Of a stretch of DNA of 64,000 nt, positions 40,032 through 55,009 are shown piece after piece. Every line of letters starts with the position of its first letter. The stretch's first letter is position 1. The stretch covers positions 133,052,001 to 133,116,000 of the forward strand of contig OZ024741.1 in NCBI GenBank assembly GCA_964016885.1, written 5' to 3'. The notes under the pieces are model-generated. The model saw nothing but the letters and a program-made list of their open reading frames with translations, ran no database searches and was not told where the DNA came from. Source of the DNA: Eledone cirrhosa. Taxonomy: Eukaryota. The translations under genes and the position numbers were made by a program.

Positions 40032-40960
40032 AAAAGAAAATAAAATTTTTTTTTTTTAAATTTATAAATTTAAAAAAATAAAAATAAAAAATATATATAC
40101 ATACACACACACATATACATACATTAGTAACAATAATAATAATAATAATAACAATAATAATAACGACAACAACAATAATAATATACATATATATATACAC
40201 ACACACACACGCACACACATAAGCATATCTACACACACACACACACGATAGCAACTAACAGTGCTGCGATCGAATGTGGCTTTTTAGCCCAGCCAATGAT
40301 CTAAAATGTCTTGCACAGAGTCGGCAACCAAAACATTCACTGGGAATAGTCGGCTGTGGTTGGAGTTCGTGTACTTTTGCATGTCGCTTGAGCCCTCCTG
40401 CTGATTTACATTCTCTACCACATGTTTGGCAAGCATGATGAGTAGCATCTCCAACAGCAGCCTGGTAGTCAACCACTGGTCTTACTTTATGACTGTGAAG
40501 ATGACTTTCGAGTCCAGCTTTGCTTAAGCAGAGTCTTGCACAGAAGCTGCATGTCAGCACCATAGGAGGACCCTCGCCGTCTGGAAGTGCAACAGCAATG
40601 CCCTTCCTCATATCCCGCTTTACTTTCTCGTATGCGATTCGAGATGCCTCAAAGGCAACTTTTCCCTCATATACAGTCTTTCTCCATTTATTACGATCAG
40701 CAGCAATATTTTCCCATGTATCAGCAGAGATGTTAGCGTCTGTCAGAGAGGCTTTCAAGGAATCCTTATACCTCTTTTTTGGTTTATGTGGCGGTCGTTT
40801 TCCTTTAACCAACTCTCCATAAAAGAGTTGTTTTGGTATTCTAGAATCCTTCATCCTGGCAAGATTACCACTCCAACGGAGTCGTTGCTTAAGCACAAGA
40901 GCTTCTATACTGTCACACATAGAGCTTTCCAAAATCTCGACATCACTGATGTACATATCC
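39900..40960 (-). mobile_element. 5'-truncated RTE-BovB-like LINE (family 2) with three C-terminal C2H2 zinc fingers
   Basis: [25 protein letters not shown]...RYKDSLK followed by three CxxC...HxxxH units, stop at 40255. The terminal GGCCATACTCGATAACGAGGGGGCAGCCATCATCAT lies at 39900-39940. Confidence 0.9.
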
Positions 40961-41153
40961 TTGACATACATATATATACATACATACATACATATATACA
41001 TATATACATACATAAATACATATATACATATATATATATATACATACATACATACATAAATAAATACATATATATATATACATACATATATATATACATA
41101 TATATATACATATATATACATACATATATATATATACATACATATATATATAC

Positions 41154-41192
<39 letters not shown>

Positions 41193-41631
41193 CATATATA
41201 TACATACATATATATATACATATACATATATATACATATATATACATATACATATATATACATATATATACATATACATATATACATATATATACATATA
41301 CATATATACATATATATACATATACATATACATATATACATATATATACAGATACATAAATACATATATATATATATATATACATATATATACAAATATA
41401 CATATATATATACATATACATATATATACATACATATATATACATATATATATATACATATATATACATACATATATATACATGCATATATATACATATA
41501 TATATATATATATACATATATATACATACATATATATACATGCATATATATACATATATATATATATATATACATATATATACATTCATATATATACATA
41601 TATATACATTCATATATATACATATATATAT

Positions 41632-42015
41632 ATCATCATCATCAAGGTATAGCGTCCGTGTTCCACGCTTGCATGGGTTTGGACGGGGGTTTTCCCACTT
41701 GAGGCAAGAGTGGTTGTCTTGCTCGCATAGGACTGTCTGGCGGGTTTTCTACAGCTGGATGCCCTTCCTAACACCAACCACATTTACAGTGTGGGGCTGG
41801 GAGGTTTTTACCGTGTTGCCTACACGGCCACATTACAGCGTGGACTGTCTGGCGGGTTTTCTACAGCTGGATGCCCTTCCTAACACCAACCACATTTACA
41901 GTGTGGGGCTGGGAGGTTTTTACCGTGTTGCCTACACGGCCACATTTACAGCGTGGACTGTGTTTTTTTGTCGTGACACCTACACGATCTCTTTTGTTTC
42001 GGCCTGGATGTTGTG
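41632..42015 (-). mobile_element. 3'-UTR-only copy of RTE family 1 with an internal tandem duplication of about 112 bp
   Basis: Matches 55010-55280. The segment starting GGACTGTCTGG occurs at 41730 and again at 41842. Confidence 0.92.
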
Positions 42016-42046
<31 letters not shown>

Positions 42047-42052
42047 CATATA

Positions 42053-42390
42053 TCATTTCATTTCATTTTACATCCGCTTATTCCCTGCTTGCAAGGGTGG
42101 GACGGGAACTGATTCTGGCTTGATTTCTACAGCTGGATGCCCTTCCTAACACCAACCTCATTTACAGTGAGTGCTGGGTGCTTTTTTGCCGTGGCACCTC
42201 CGCGACCACTTTACAGTGGAATGATAGGGACCCCAGTACCTATCATCTCATTTCTACAGCTGAGTAAACTGGAGCAATGTGAAATAAAGTGTCTTGCTCA
42301 AAGAAACAACACATCACCCGCTCTGAGAATTGAACTCACAACCTTTCGATTGCAAGGCCAATGCTCTAACTACTAAGCCATGTGCCTCCA
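42053..42390 (-). mobile_element. Second copy of the RTE-tailed tRNA SINE
   Basis: Reverse complement of 39143-39480 with scattered substitutions. Confidence 0.9.
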
Positions 42391-42402
42391 TAATATATAT
42401 AC

Positions 42403-42433
<31 letters not shown>

Positions 42434-42606
42434 CATGGACACACTAAAAGAGGAAGACCAAGGTTAACATATGTTGATGCCCTAAGGACAGACACTGGTC
42501 TGTTGGAGATGCAGGATATGGCAGCGATAATGAGGGACAGAGACCGCTGGAGAGAACTCGTCCATGGATCTCGGGAATTTTACCCGCCTTAGATAGATAG
42601 ATAGAT

Positions 42607-42608
<2 letters not shown>
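42434..42608 (+). mobile_element. 3' end of a further RTE-like LINE family with an (AGAT)n tail
   Basis: [22 protein letters not shown]...[11 protein letters not shown], with the stop codon running directly into TAGATAGATAG. Confidence 0.8.
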
Positions 42609-42665
<57 letters not shown>

Positions 42666-43153
42666 CATACATATAATATATATATATACATACATATATA
42701 CATACATATATATATATACATATATACATATATATACATATATACATACATATATATATATATATACATATATACATACATATATATATACATATATACA
42801 TACATATATATATATACATATATACATACATATATATATATATATACATATATACATACATATATATATACATACATATATACATACATATATATATACA
42901 TACATATATACATACATATATATATATATATACATATATACATACATATATATATATATATACATATATACATACATATATATATATATATACATATATA
43001 CATACATACATATATATATATACATATATACATACATATATATATATACATATATACATACATATATATATATACATATATACATATATATATATATATA
43101 CATATATACATACATATATATATATATATACATATATACATACATATATATAT

Positions 43154-43728
43154 ATGGTGGCTGCCAACTCGTTTTCGAGTACGGCCACTACTTTATATCC
43201 ATGTAGGAGAACCCCTACTGATGCGCTGAACGAGTGTGACTTTTTAGTCCAGCCAGCGACTTGAAAGCTCTGGTACAAACACTACACTTGTGACAATTAT
43301 TGACACATAGTGCTGGGCCCATGGTACCATGTGACGACAAATGCAGAGAGATCTCCAGATATAAAGCAATGCCTGTGCCGTGAAGCTTTTATAGTGAGCA
43401 AAGGCACTGCACAAAGCCAGTCCCACTCTCTTAACCAAGATGATATTTACCAAAAAGAAGAACAAGTCAACATCATTGGATACCATCAGGGTTGCAGGTG
43501 TTATATCAGAGTTTTCCTTCTCCTAGAATTCTGCCTTGACAAAGGCTAAGGGGTCATCTCTCCCGGTGATTTTGGATGGCCATTGACTCTTAAGAGCTCC
43601 TTTGCCTTTTGACAGGTTTTGTTTTTAGTCCTGCAGGATGTCCAAAGTCACCCTCCTCACCAAGAAACCTTGGTGGGGTTGCCAGTTTAGTCGCCAACGA
43701 CCCGACCATGGGACAGGTTGTACTGGAA
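43154..43728 (-). mobile_element. Short non-autonomous bipartite RTE derivative (5'-UTR-like part plus zinc-finger remnant and 3' end)
   Basis: Contains TCTAGGAGAAGGAAAACTCTGAT (RTE 5'-UTR-like), [22 protein letters not shown], and the terminal GGCCGTACTCGAAAACGAGTTGGCAGCCACCAT. Confidence 0.7.
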
Positions 43729-43852
43729 TATATATATACATACATACATATACACATACATACATACATACATATATACATACATACATACATATATACA
43801 TACATACATACATACATATATACATACATACATACATACATACATACATACA

Positions 43853-43888
<36 letters not shown>

Positions 43889-44148
43889 TACATACATATA
43901 TATATACATACATATATATATACATATACATACATACATACATACATATATATATATATACATATACACATATATATATACATACATATACACATATATA
44001 CATACATACATACACACATATATATACATACATACACATACATATATATATACATACATACACATACATATATACATACATACATACACATACATATATA
44101 TATACATACATACACATATATATATATACATACATACACATATATACA

Positions 44149-44180
<32 letters not shown>

Positions 44181-44689
44181 CACATATATATATATATACA
44201 CATACATATATATATATATATACACATACACACATACATATACATACATACATATATACATATATATATATCTATACATACATATATATACATACATATA
44301 TACATATATATATATCTATACATACATATATATATATATATATACACACATACATATACATACATACATATATATATATATATACATACATACATATACA
44401 TACATATATACATATATATATACCCATACATACACATATATATATATATATACACACATACATATACATACATACATATATACATATATATATACACACA
44501 TATATACATATACACACATATATACATATACATATATATATACATACACATATACATATATATATATACATATATATATATACATATATATATACATATA
44601 CATATATATATACATATACATATACACATACATATACATATACATATACATACACATACACATATACATATATATATATATATACATAC

Positions 44690-44723
<34 letters not shown>

Positions 44724-45123
44724 ATACATACATATATACATACATACATATATACATACATACATATATACATACATATATATATACATACATACATATA
44801 TATATACATACATACATATATATATACATACATATATATATACATACATACATATATATATACATACATATATATATACATACATATATATATATACATA
44901 CATATATATATATACATACATATATATATATACATACATATATATATATACATACATATATATATATATACATACATATATATATATACATACATACATA
45001 TATATATACATACATATATATATATATACATACATATATATATACATACATATATATATACATACATATATATATACATACATATATATATACATACATA
45101 TATATATACATACATATATATAC

Positions 45124-45154
<31 letters not shown>

Positions 45155-45169
45155 CATACATATATATAC

Positions 45170-45202
<33 letters not shown>

Positions 45203-45422
45203 CATATACATATATATATATATATACATATATATATACATATATATATATATACATATATATATACATATATATATATATACATATATACATATATATA
45301 TATACATATAGTTGAAAAAAAATGAAAACGAAATTTCATTTCTCACTCTTAGTATGGCACTTAAATGTAAGTATGTATGTATACGTACATACATATATGT
45401 ATACAGACGTACAGTAGCATGC

Positions 45423-45553
<131 letters not shown>

Positions 45554-45604
45554 CATACATACATACATACATATATATATATATATACATACATACATAC
45601 ATAC

Positions 45605-45671
<67 letters not shown>

Positions 45672-45912
45672 TATATATACATACATACATATATATATAT
45701 ATACATACATACATATATATATATATACATACATATATATATATATACATACATACATACATACAGGTACACATACATATATGCACGCATCAGTTTAGCG
45801 GACGCTTATTATAACGCCGCTTTGTTCGTTTGTCAACAAACTGAACAGCCTGAATTTATGCCATACGGTGTTAAGGCAACCACGTCACCTTTTTGTTCAA
45901 CACTGACACAGG

Positions 45913-45957
45913 AACGATGTACTAGTTTCAAGCTTGTTAGCTATCATCAGCACCGTT
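45913..45957 (-). ncRNA. Minimal type I hammerhead ribozyme (family A)
   Basis: Exact reverse complement of 46251-46295. Confidence 0.88.
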
Positions 45958-46250
45958 TACCCATCTGCCAGATAGTTGAACGTTCGAAAGTATATACTTT
46001 CCTTATGAAAATTAACGGCTGAGCAGCCTAATTTGCATATTGAGTGAGTTAAATCGGTCAGGCATACCGAAAACGATAAGTTGAAAAAAAATGAAAACGA
46101 AATTTCATTTCTCACTCTTTTTTTCAACTTATCGTTTTCGGTATGCCTGACCGATTTAACTCACTCAATATGCAAATTAGGCTGCTCAGCCGTTAATTTT
46201 CATAAGGAAAGTATATACTTTCGAACGTTCAACTATCTGGCAGATGGGTA

Positions 46251-46295
46251 AACGGTGCTGATGATAGCTAACAAGCTTGAAACTAGTACATCGTT
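46251..46295 (+). ncRNA. Minimal type I hammerhead ribozyme (family A)
   Basis: Stem I AACGGTG/CATCGTT, core CTGATGA, stem II AGCT-AACA-AGCT, GAAA, palindromic ACTAGT as helix III, GUA cleavage site after 46288. Confidence 0.88.
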
Positions 46296-46639
46296 CCTGT
46301 GTCAGTGTTGAACAAAAAGGTGACGTGGTTGCCTTAACACCGTATGGCATAAATTCAGGCTGTTCAGTTTGTTGACAAACGAACAAAGCGGCGTTATAAT
46401 AAGCGTCCGCTAAACTGATGCGTGCATATATGTATGTGTACCTGTATGTATGTATGTATGTATATATATATGTATATATATATATATATGCATGCTACTG
46501 TACGTCTGTATACATATATGTATGTACGTATACATACATACTTACATTTAAGTAAGTGCCATACTAAGAGTGAGAAATGAAATTTCGTTTTCATTTTTTT
46601 TCAACATAGTTTCCCGATGGGAGTTGACACCTCTGCATT

Positions 46640-47014
46640 GTGGGGAGGATTGAACCATGTTACTCCAACAAAGCCTATATAGGACTTACCGCATGTGACT
46701 TCAAGACCCGGCTATACCAACATAGACATACCTTCCGAAACCCGGCCTGGCGTCACGCCACTACACTTTCGGGCCACATATGGGACCTCAAGGACAACAA
46801 CATCACCTATGATCTCACTTGGAGATTACTGTCCAGAGCCAATTCTTACACGGGAGGACGCCGTCCGTGCAATTTATGCTCGGAGGAAACTTTACAAATG
46901 CTGTTTTCGACGGACCAACTCCTAAATAAGAAAGATGAACTGGTCACTGCATGTAAACATAGATTGCGTAGGACTTACCTCGCCCTCAAACCCCATAATG
47001 ACCCGGGGGTGTAG
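46640..47014 (+). pseudogene. GIY-YIG endonuclease fragment of a Penelope-like element
   Basis: AYIGLTACDFKTRLYQHRHTF...TTLSGHIWDLK...CNLCSEE...LLNKKDELVTACKH shows the YIG, the R and E catalytic positions and the C-terminal LN. The N-terminus is missing. Confidence 0.85.
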
Positions 47015-48131
47015 ACTAGGGCTATAACACCCCACTTGCCGATTTTGCAATGGGTAACCCCTGCTCGCCAAGGAAGACGTAAGATCTTCTTTGTATTCTT
47101 TTATCGCTTCCCTTATTTCCTTCCCCCCTCTCTCCTTAGTCCTTCTACCCCAGCTCTTCTCCTTTGTCGGCGTCTTTTCTCGCCCACCCGAGGCTGCCTT
47201 TTGGCCCCATGTAGCCTTAGTACCCCCACCACCCCCTCCCCTAGTCTATGATAGATTTGGCGGACTCCGCCCTTTATAGCAGTTGGCTTAGACCCCGGAT
47301 ACTTGCCCCCTTTTTCCGACCGCTCCCACTATTCTCTGTGCCCTCTATATTTCTTAGTGGCACTTATGCCTTATTTTTTCGTTTCAGTATTTCTTGCTTC
47401 GCTTTTCTTCTGGGCGGGGTGGATTCTGAATTTATTTCTCCGTATTCTACCTTTATTTCGTACGAACTTTCATGTAGCTTGTTTTAGATCTTTTAGAGTT
47501 AGCATTAGTATATATTTTTCTCGGGACTCAGAATTATTATCTCGTACAAGTTCACTTTGCTGCACTGGGTCGTTGCTGGCCCGGGATGGAAACCTTTATT
47601 GTTTATTTTGTGGTAGTCTCTTTAGTATTTTGGCCCCTTTTGTTGACCCGTCACCGTATCATTTACGTACTTATACCTCTTAAAAGGGTCCTTGCCTATT
47701 CCGTCCCACCTAGTTCTTTTACTTATTTCGTTATTTCCTTATTTACTTCTTTCTTTACTTCTTTCTTTCTTTCTTTATTTTATTTTATTTTATTCTGCCT
47801 AACAATAGCCTGAGACCTAGGTCGTAGATTTTAATTTACTTTACTTTTTTCTTTACACTTATTTGCTTTTCTTCACTCTCAGTATATTTTCTTTCCTATT
47901 TCTACCCCCCATTGTTCTACCTACCGTTCCGACTTCCTCCCCCTCCCCCTCCCCTGTATCTTCTTTGACCTCATGCCCAGCTGTAGCTGGCACTACCAAC
48001 GCTTGATTGGGTCTACTCCACCCCCTCCCCGCTTTCTCCTACTGGCAGGTTTAGCCACCATCTCCCCTACTAATTTGCAACCACAGAATTACTACTGATT
48101 TTTGACAATCACTTTGACCATATATGGAATT

Positions 48132-48225
48132 ACCCCTTGAGAAGATCGGCTATTTAAATACCAGGATAAATTTTCATTTAGTCCAGAATTAGCCGTCGAA
48201 ACGGCTTGAGCTCAGCTGTCGGGGT
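48132..48225 (+). ncRNA. Type I hammerhead ribozyme with a U3:A8 variant core (family B)
   Basis: Stem I ACCCC/GGGGT, core TTGAGAA, stem II GA(T)CGGCTA/TAGCCGTC with a large loop, GAAA, stem III CGGCT/AGCTG with palindromic TGAGCTCA, GUC site after 48220. Confidence 0.8.
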
Positions 48226-48406
48226 CTTACTGGTTCCTATTACCCACTCTACTACCTCAAGTATTGAGTACTTTGGTGCGTTATGGTCCACCTGGTTCCT
48301 TACCACATTTCCTTCGTTATATATATATATATATATATGCATGCTACTGTACGTCTGTATACATATATGTATGTACGTATACATACATACTTACATATAT
48401 ACATAC

Positions 48407-48455
<49 letters not shown>

Positions 48456-48492
48456 CATACATATATATATACATACATATATATATACATAC

Positions 48493-48557
<65 letters not shown>

Positions 48558-48558
48558 C

Positions 48559-48603
<45 letters not shown>

Positions 48604-48604
48604 C

Positions 48605-48681
<77 letters not shown>

Positions 48682-48710
48682 CATATATATATATACATAT
48701 ATATATATAC

Positions 48711-48755
<45 letters not shown>

Positions 48756-48798
48756 CATATATATATATACATATATATATATACATATATATATATAC

Positions 48799-48849
<51 letters not shown>

Positions 48850-48890
48850 CATATATACATATATATACATATATATATATACATATATAC

Positions 48891-48921
<31 letters not shown>

Positions 48922-49020
48922 CATATATATATATACATATATATATATACATATATATATATACATATATATATATACATATATATATATACATATATAT
49001 ATATACATATATATATATAC

Positions 49021-49111
<91 letters not shown>

Positions 49112-49154
49112 CATATATATATATACATATATATATATACATATATATATATAC

Positions 49155-49305
<151 letters not shown>

Positions 49306-49366
49306 CATATATATATACATATATATACATATATATACATATATATATATACATATATATATATAC

Positions 49367-49401
<35 letters not shown>

Positions 49402-49547
49402 CATATATATATACATATATATATATACATATATATATACATATATATATATACATATATATATATACATATATATATATACATATATATATATATACAT
49501 ATATATACATATATAAGATCAAAAGATGGTTAAAGGAGTTCAATATA

Positions 49548-49614
49548 TTTTATTATGCGCATTTCAAAAACAAACATCATCAAACAATAATATTTGTGTT
49601 TTCATCAGATAAAA
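49548..49614 (-). ncRNA. Type I hammerhead ribozyme (family C)
   Basis: Reverse complement of 49735-49801 with one stem II difference. Confidence 0.78.
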
Positions 49615-49734
49615 CAGGAGAACATGATATGAAGGCTAAAAAAACACTTGTTGATAGTGCAGTTTTAAATCAACATATCAACAAAACTGCACTATCAACA
49701 AGTGTTTTTTTAGCCTTCATATCATGTTCTCCTG

Positions 49735-49801
49735 TTTTATCTGATGAAAACACAAATATTATTGTTTGATGATGTTTGCTTTTGAAATGCGCATAATAAA
49801 A
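49735..49801 (+). ncRNA. Type I hammerhead ribozyme (family C)
   Basis: Stem I TTTTAT/ATAAAA, CTGATGA, long GU-rich stem II CAAATATTATT/GATGATGTTTG, GAAA, palindromic ATGCGCAT as helix III, AUA site after 49795. Confidence 0.78.
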
Positions 49802-49951
49802 TATATTGAACTCCTTTAACCATCTTTTGATCTTATATTATGCATACTCCAGTCCCACAAACTGTAGAGTGCTTCTTATCCGATATCTGCATTGCTTTAT
49901 TGTACTACAATAAAACTCACCTCCTACATATATATACATATATATATATAC

Positions 49952-49998
<47 letters not shown>

Positions 49999-50041
49999 CA
50001 TATATATATACATATATATATATATACATATATATATATAC

Positions 50042-50072
<31 letters not shown>

Positions 50073-50085
50073 CATATATATATAC

Positions 50086-50132
<47 letters not shown>

Positions 50133-50139
50133 CATATAC

Positions 50140-50170
<31 letters not shown>

Positions 50171-50231
50171 CATATGTATATATATACATATATATATATA
50201 CATATATATATATATACATATATATATATAC

Positions 50232-50262
<31 letters not shown>

Positions 50263-50275
50263 CATATATATATAC

Positions 50276-50354
<79 letters not shown>

Positions 50355-50535
50355 CATATATATATATACATATATATATATATACATATATATATATACA
50401 TATATATATATACACATATATATATATACATATATATATATATACATATATATATATACATATATATATATATACATATATATATATACATATATATATA
50501 TATACATATATATATATACACATATATATATATAC

Positions 50536-50566
<31 letters not shown>

Positions 50567-50609
50567 CATATATATATATACATATATATATATACATATA
50601 TATATATAC

Positions 50610-50666
<57 letters not shown>

Positions 50667-50677
50667 CATATATATAT

Positions 50678-50728
<51 letters not shown>

Positions 50729-50747
50729 TATACATATATATATATAC

Positions 50748-50778
<31 letters not shown>

Positions 50779-50976
50779 CATATATATATATACATATATA
50801 CATATTATATATATACATATATATATATATACATATATATATATACATATATACATATACATATATATATATACATATATACATATACATATATATATAT
50901 ACATATATATATATACATATATATACATATATATATATACATATATATATATACATATATATATACATATATATAC

Positions 50977-51007
<31 letters not shown>

Positions 51008-51134
51008 CATATATACATATACATATATATATATATACATATATATGCATATATACATATATATGCATATATACATATACATATATATATATATACATAT
51101 ATATGCATATATACATATACATATATATATATAC

Positions 51135-51167
<33 letters not shown>

Positions 51168-51418
51168 CATATATATGCATATATACATATACATATATAT
51201 ATATACATATATACATATACATATATATATACATATATACATATACATATATATATATACATATATATATATATACATATACATATATATATATATACAT
51301 ATACATATATATATACATATATATATATATACATATACATATATATATACATATATATATATATACATATACATATATATATACATATATATATATATAC
51401 ATATACATATATATATAC

Positions 51419-51449
<31 letters not shown>

Positions 51450-51456
51450 CATATAC

Positions 51457-51487
<31 letters not shown>

Positions 51488-51492
51488 CATAT

Positions 51493-51545
<53 letters not shown>

Positions 51546-51650
51546 CATATATACATATATATATATATACATAGATATATATATACATACATATATACAT
51601 ATACATATATATATATATACATATACATACATATATACATATATATATAC

Positions 51651-51707
<57 letters not shown>

Positions 51708-51728
51708 CATATATATATACATATATAC

Positions 51729-51761
<33 letters not shown>

Positions 51762-51842
51762 CATATATATATACATATATACATATATATACATATATAT
51801 ATATATACATATATATATATACATATATATATACATATATAC

Positions 51843-51883
<41 letters not shown>

Positions 51884-51898
51884 TATATACATATATAC

Positions 51899-51939
<41 letters not shown>

Positions 51940-52056
51940 TATATACATATATACATATATATACATATATATATATACATATATATATATACATATATAT
52001 ATACATATATACATATATATATACATATATATATATATACATATACATATATATAC

Positions 52057-52098
<42 letters not shown>

Positions 52099-52101
52099 TA
52101 C

Positions 52102-52184
<83 letters not shown>

Positions 52185-52196
52185 CATATATATACA

Positions 52197-52296
<100 letters not shown>

Positions 52297-52423
52297 CATA
52301 TATATATATACATATATATATATACATATATATATACATATATACATATACATATATACATATATATATATACATATATACATATATACATATATATATA
52401 TATACATATATACATATACATAT

Positions 52424-52458
<35 letters not shown>

Positions 52459-52611
52459 CATATATACATATACATATATACATATATATATACATATATA
52501 TATATACATATATACATATATATATACATATATATATATACATATATATACATATACATATATACATATATACATATATATACATATATACATATATATA
52601 CATATATATAC

Positions 52612-52643
<32 letters not shown>

Positions 52644-52713
52644 ACATATATATATATACATATATATATACATATATATATACATATATATATATATATA
52701 CATATATATATAC

Positions 52714-52758
<45 letters not shown>

Positions 52759-52805
52759 CATATATATATAGACATATATATATATATATACATATATATA
52801 TAGAC

Positions 52806-52870
<65 letters not shown>

Positions 52871-52903
52871 CATATATATATATACATACATATATATATA
52901 TAC

Positions 52904-52934
<31 letters not shown>

Positions 52935-53141
52935 CATATATATATACATATATATATATACATATATATATACATATATATATACATATATATATATACA
53001 TATATATATACATATATATATACATATATATATATATACATATATATACATATATATATATACACATATATATATATACATATATACATATATATATATA
53101 CATATATATATATACATATATATATATACATATATATATAC

Positions 53142-53172
<31 letters not shown>

Positions 53173-53275
53173 CATATATATATATACATATATATATATA
53201 CATATATATATATATACATATATACATATATATATACATATATATATATACATATATACATATATACATATAAAC

Positions 53276-53309
<34 letters not shown>

Positions 53310-53360
53310 TTCGTTTCTGATTTAGCAAGATTCTTTATCTGAAATCGTGTGTTGAAACCG

Positions 53361-53486
53361 ATATTGTTATACTTTGGGAGGGTCATGTTGCCAATAAGAA
53401 ACACACGCACCAGTTGCTTTCACTTGAAAGCAACTGGTGCGTGTGTTTCTTATTGGCAACATGACCCTCCCAAAGTATAACAATAT
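53361..53486. repeat. Perfect palindrome of about 62-bp arms in unique sequence
   Basis: ATATTGTTATACTTTGGGAGGG...GCTTTCA-CT-TGAAAGC...CCCTCCCAAAGTATAACAATAT. Confidence 0.95.
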
Positions 53487-53586
53487 ATATATATACATAT
53501 ATATATACATATATATATACATATATATACATATATATATACATATATATATACATATATATATACATATATATATACATATATAC

Positions 53587-53679
<93 letters not shown>

Positions 53680-53855
53680 TATATACATATATATATACAT
53701 ATATATATATACATATATATATATATACATATACATATATATATACATATATATATAACATATATATATATACATATATATATATATACATATACATATA
53801 TATATACATATACATATATATATACATATTCATATATATATATATACATATATAT

Positions 53856-54350
53856 ATGGTGGCTGCCAACTCGTTTTCGAGTACGGCCACTACTTTATAT
53901 CCATGTAGGATAACCCCTACCGAAGCGCTGAACGAGTGTGACTTTTTAGTCCAGCCAGCGACTTGAAACCTCCGGTACAAACACTACACCTGTGACAATT
54001 ATTGACACATAGTGCTAGGCCCATGGTAGGACAATTATTGACACATAGTGCTAGGCCCATGTGAGGACAAGTGCAGAGAGATCTCCAGATATAAAGCAAT
54101 GCCTGTGCCGTGAAGCTTTTATAGTGAGCAAAGGCACTGCACAAAGCCAGTCCCACTCTCTTAACCAAGATGATATTTACCAAAAAGAAGAACAAGTCAA
54201 CATCATTGGATACCATCAGGGTTGCAGGTGTTATATCAGAGTTTTCCTTCTCCTAGAATTCTGCCTTGACTAAGGCTAAAGGGGTCATCTCTCCCGGTGA
54301 TTTTGGATGGCCATTGACTCTTAAGAGCTCCTTTGCCCTATGTCAGGTCA
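53856..54350 (-). mobile_element. Second, 5'-truncated copy of the 43154-43728 element
   Basis: Near-identical over about 450 bp, with an internal tandem duplication of about 36 bp at 53994-54061. Confidence 0.85.
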
Positions 54351-54439
54351 CATATATATATACATATATATATACATATATATATATATACATATATACA
54401 TATATATATATATACATATATATATACATATATATATAC

Positions 54440-54470
<31 letters not shown>

Positions 54471-54969
54471 CATATATATATACATATATATATACATATA
54501 TATATATACATACATATATATATACATATATATATATACATATATATATACATATATATATACATATATATATATACATATATATATACACATATATATA
54601 TACACATATATATATATACATATATATACATATATATATATACATATATATATACATATATATATATACATATATATATACATATATATATATACATATA
54701 TATATACACATACATATATATATATACATATATATATATACATATATATATACATATATACATATATATATATACATATATATATACATATATATATATA
54801 CATATATATATACACATATATATATACACATATATATATATACATACATATATATATATACATATATATACATATATATATATACATATATATATACATA
54901 TATATATACATATATATATACATATATATATACATATATATATACATATATATATACATATATATATAC

Positions 54970-55000
<31 letters not shown>

Positions 55001-55009
55001 CATATATAT

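Larger units (their letters stand above)
46606..48318 (+). mobile_element. 5'-truncated Penelope-like element (GIY-YIG, long pyrimidine-rich 3' region, hammerhead)
   Basis: GIY-YIG C-terminal ORF, CpG-rich body, terminal hammerhead, and a 3' end in (TA)n. Confidence 0.88.
49511..49838. repeat. 156-bp inverted repeat with a 16-bp spacer, each arm carrying a hammerhead
   Basis: 49511-49666 versus 49683-49838, one mismatch seen. Confidence 0.95.
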
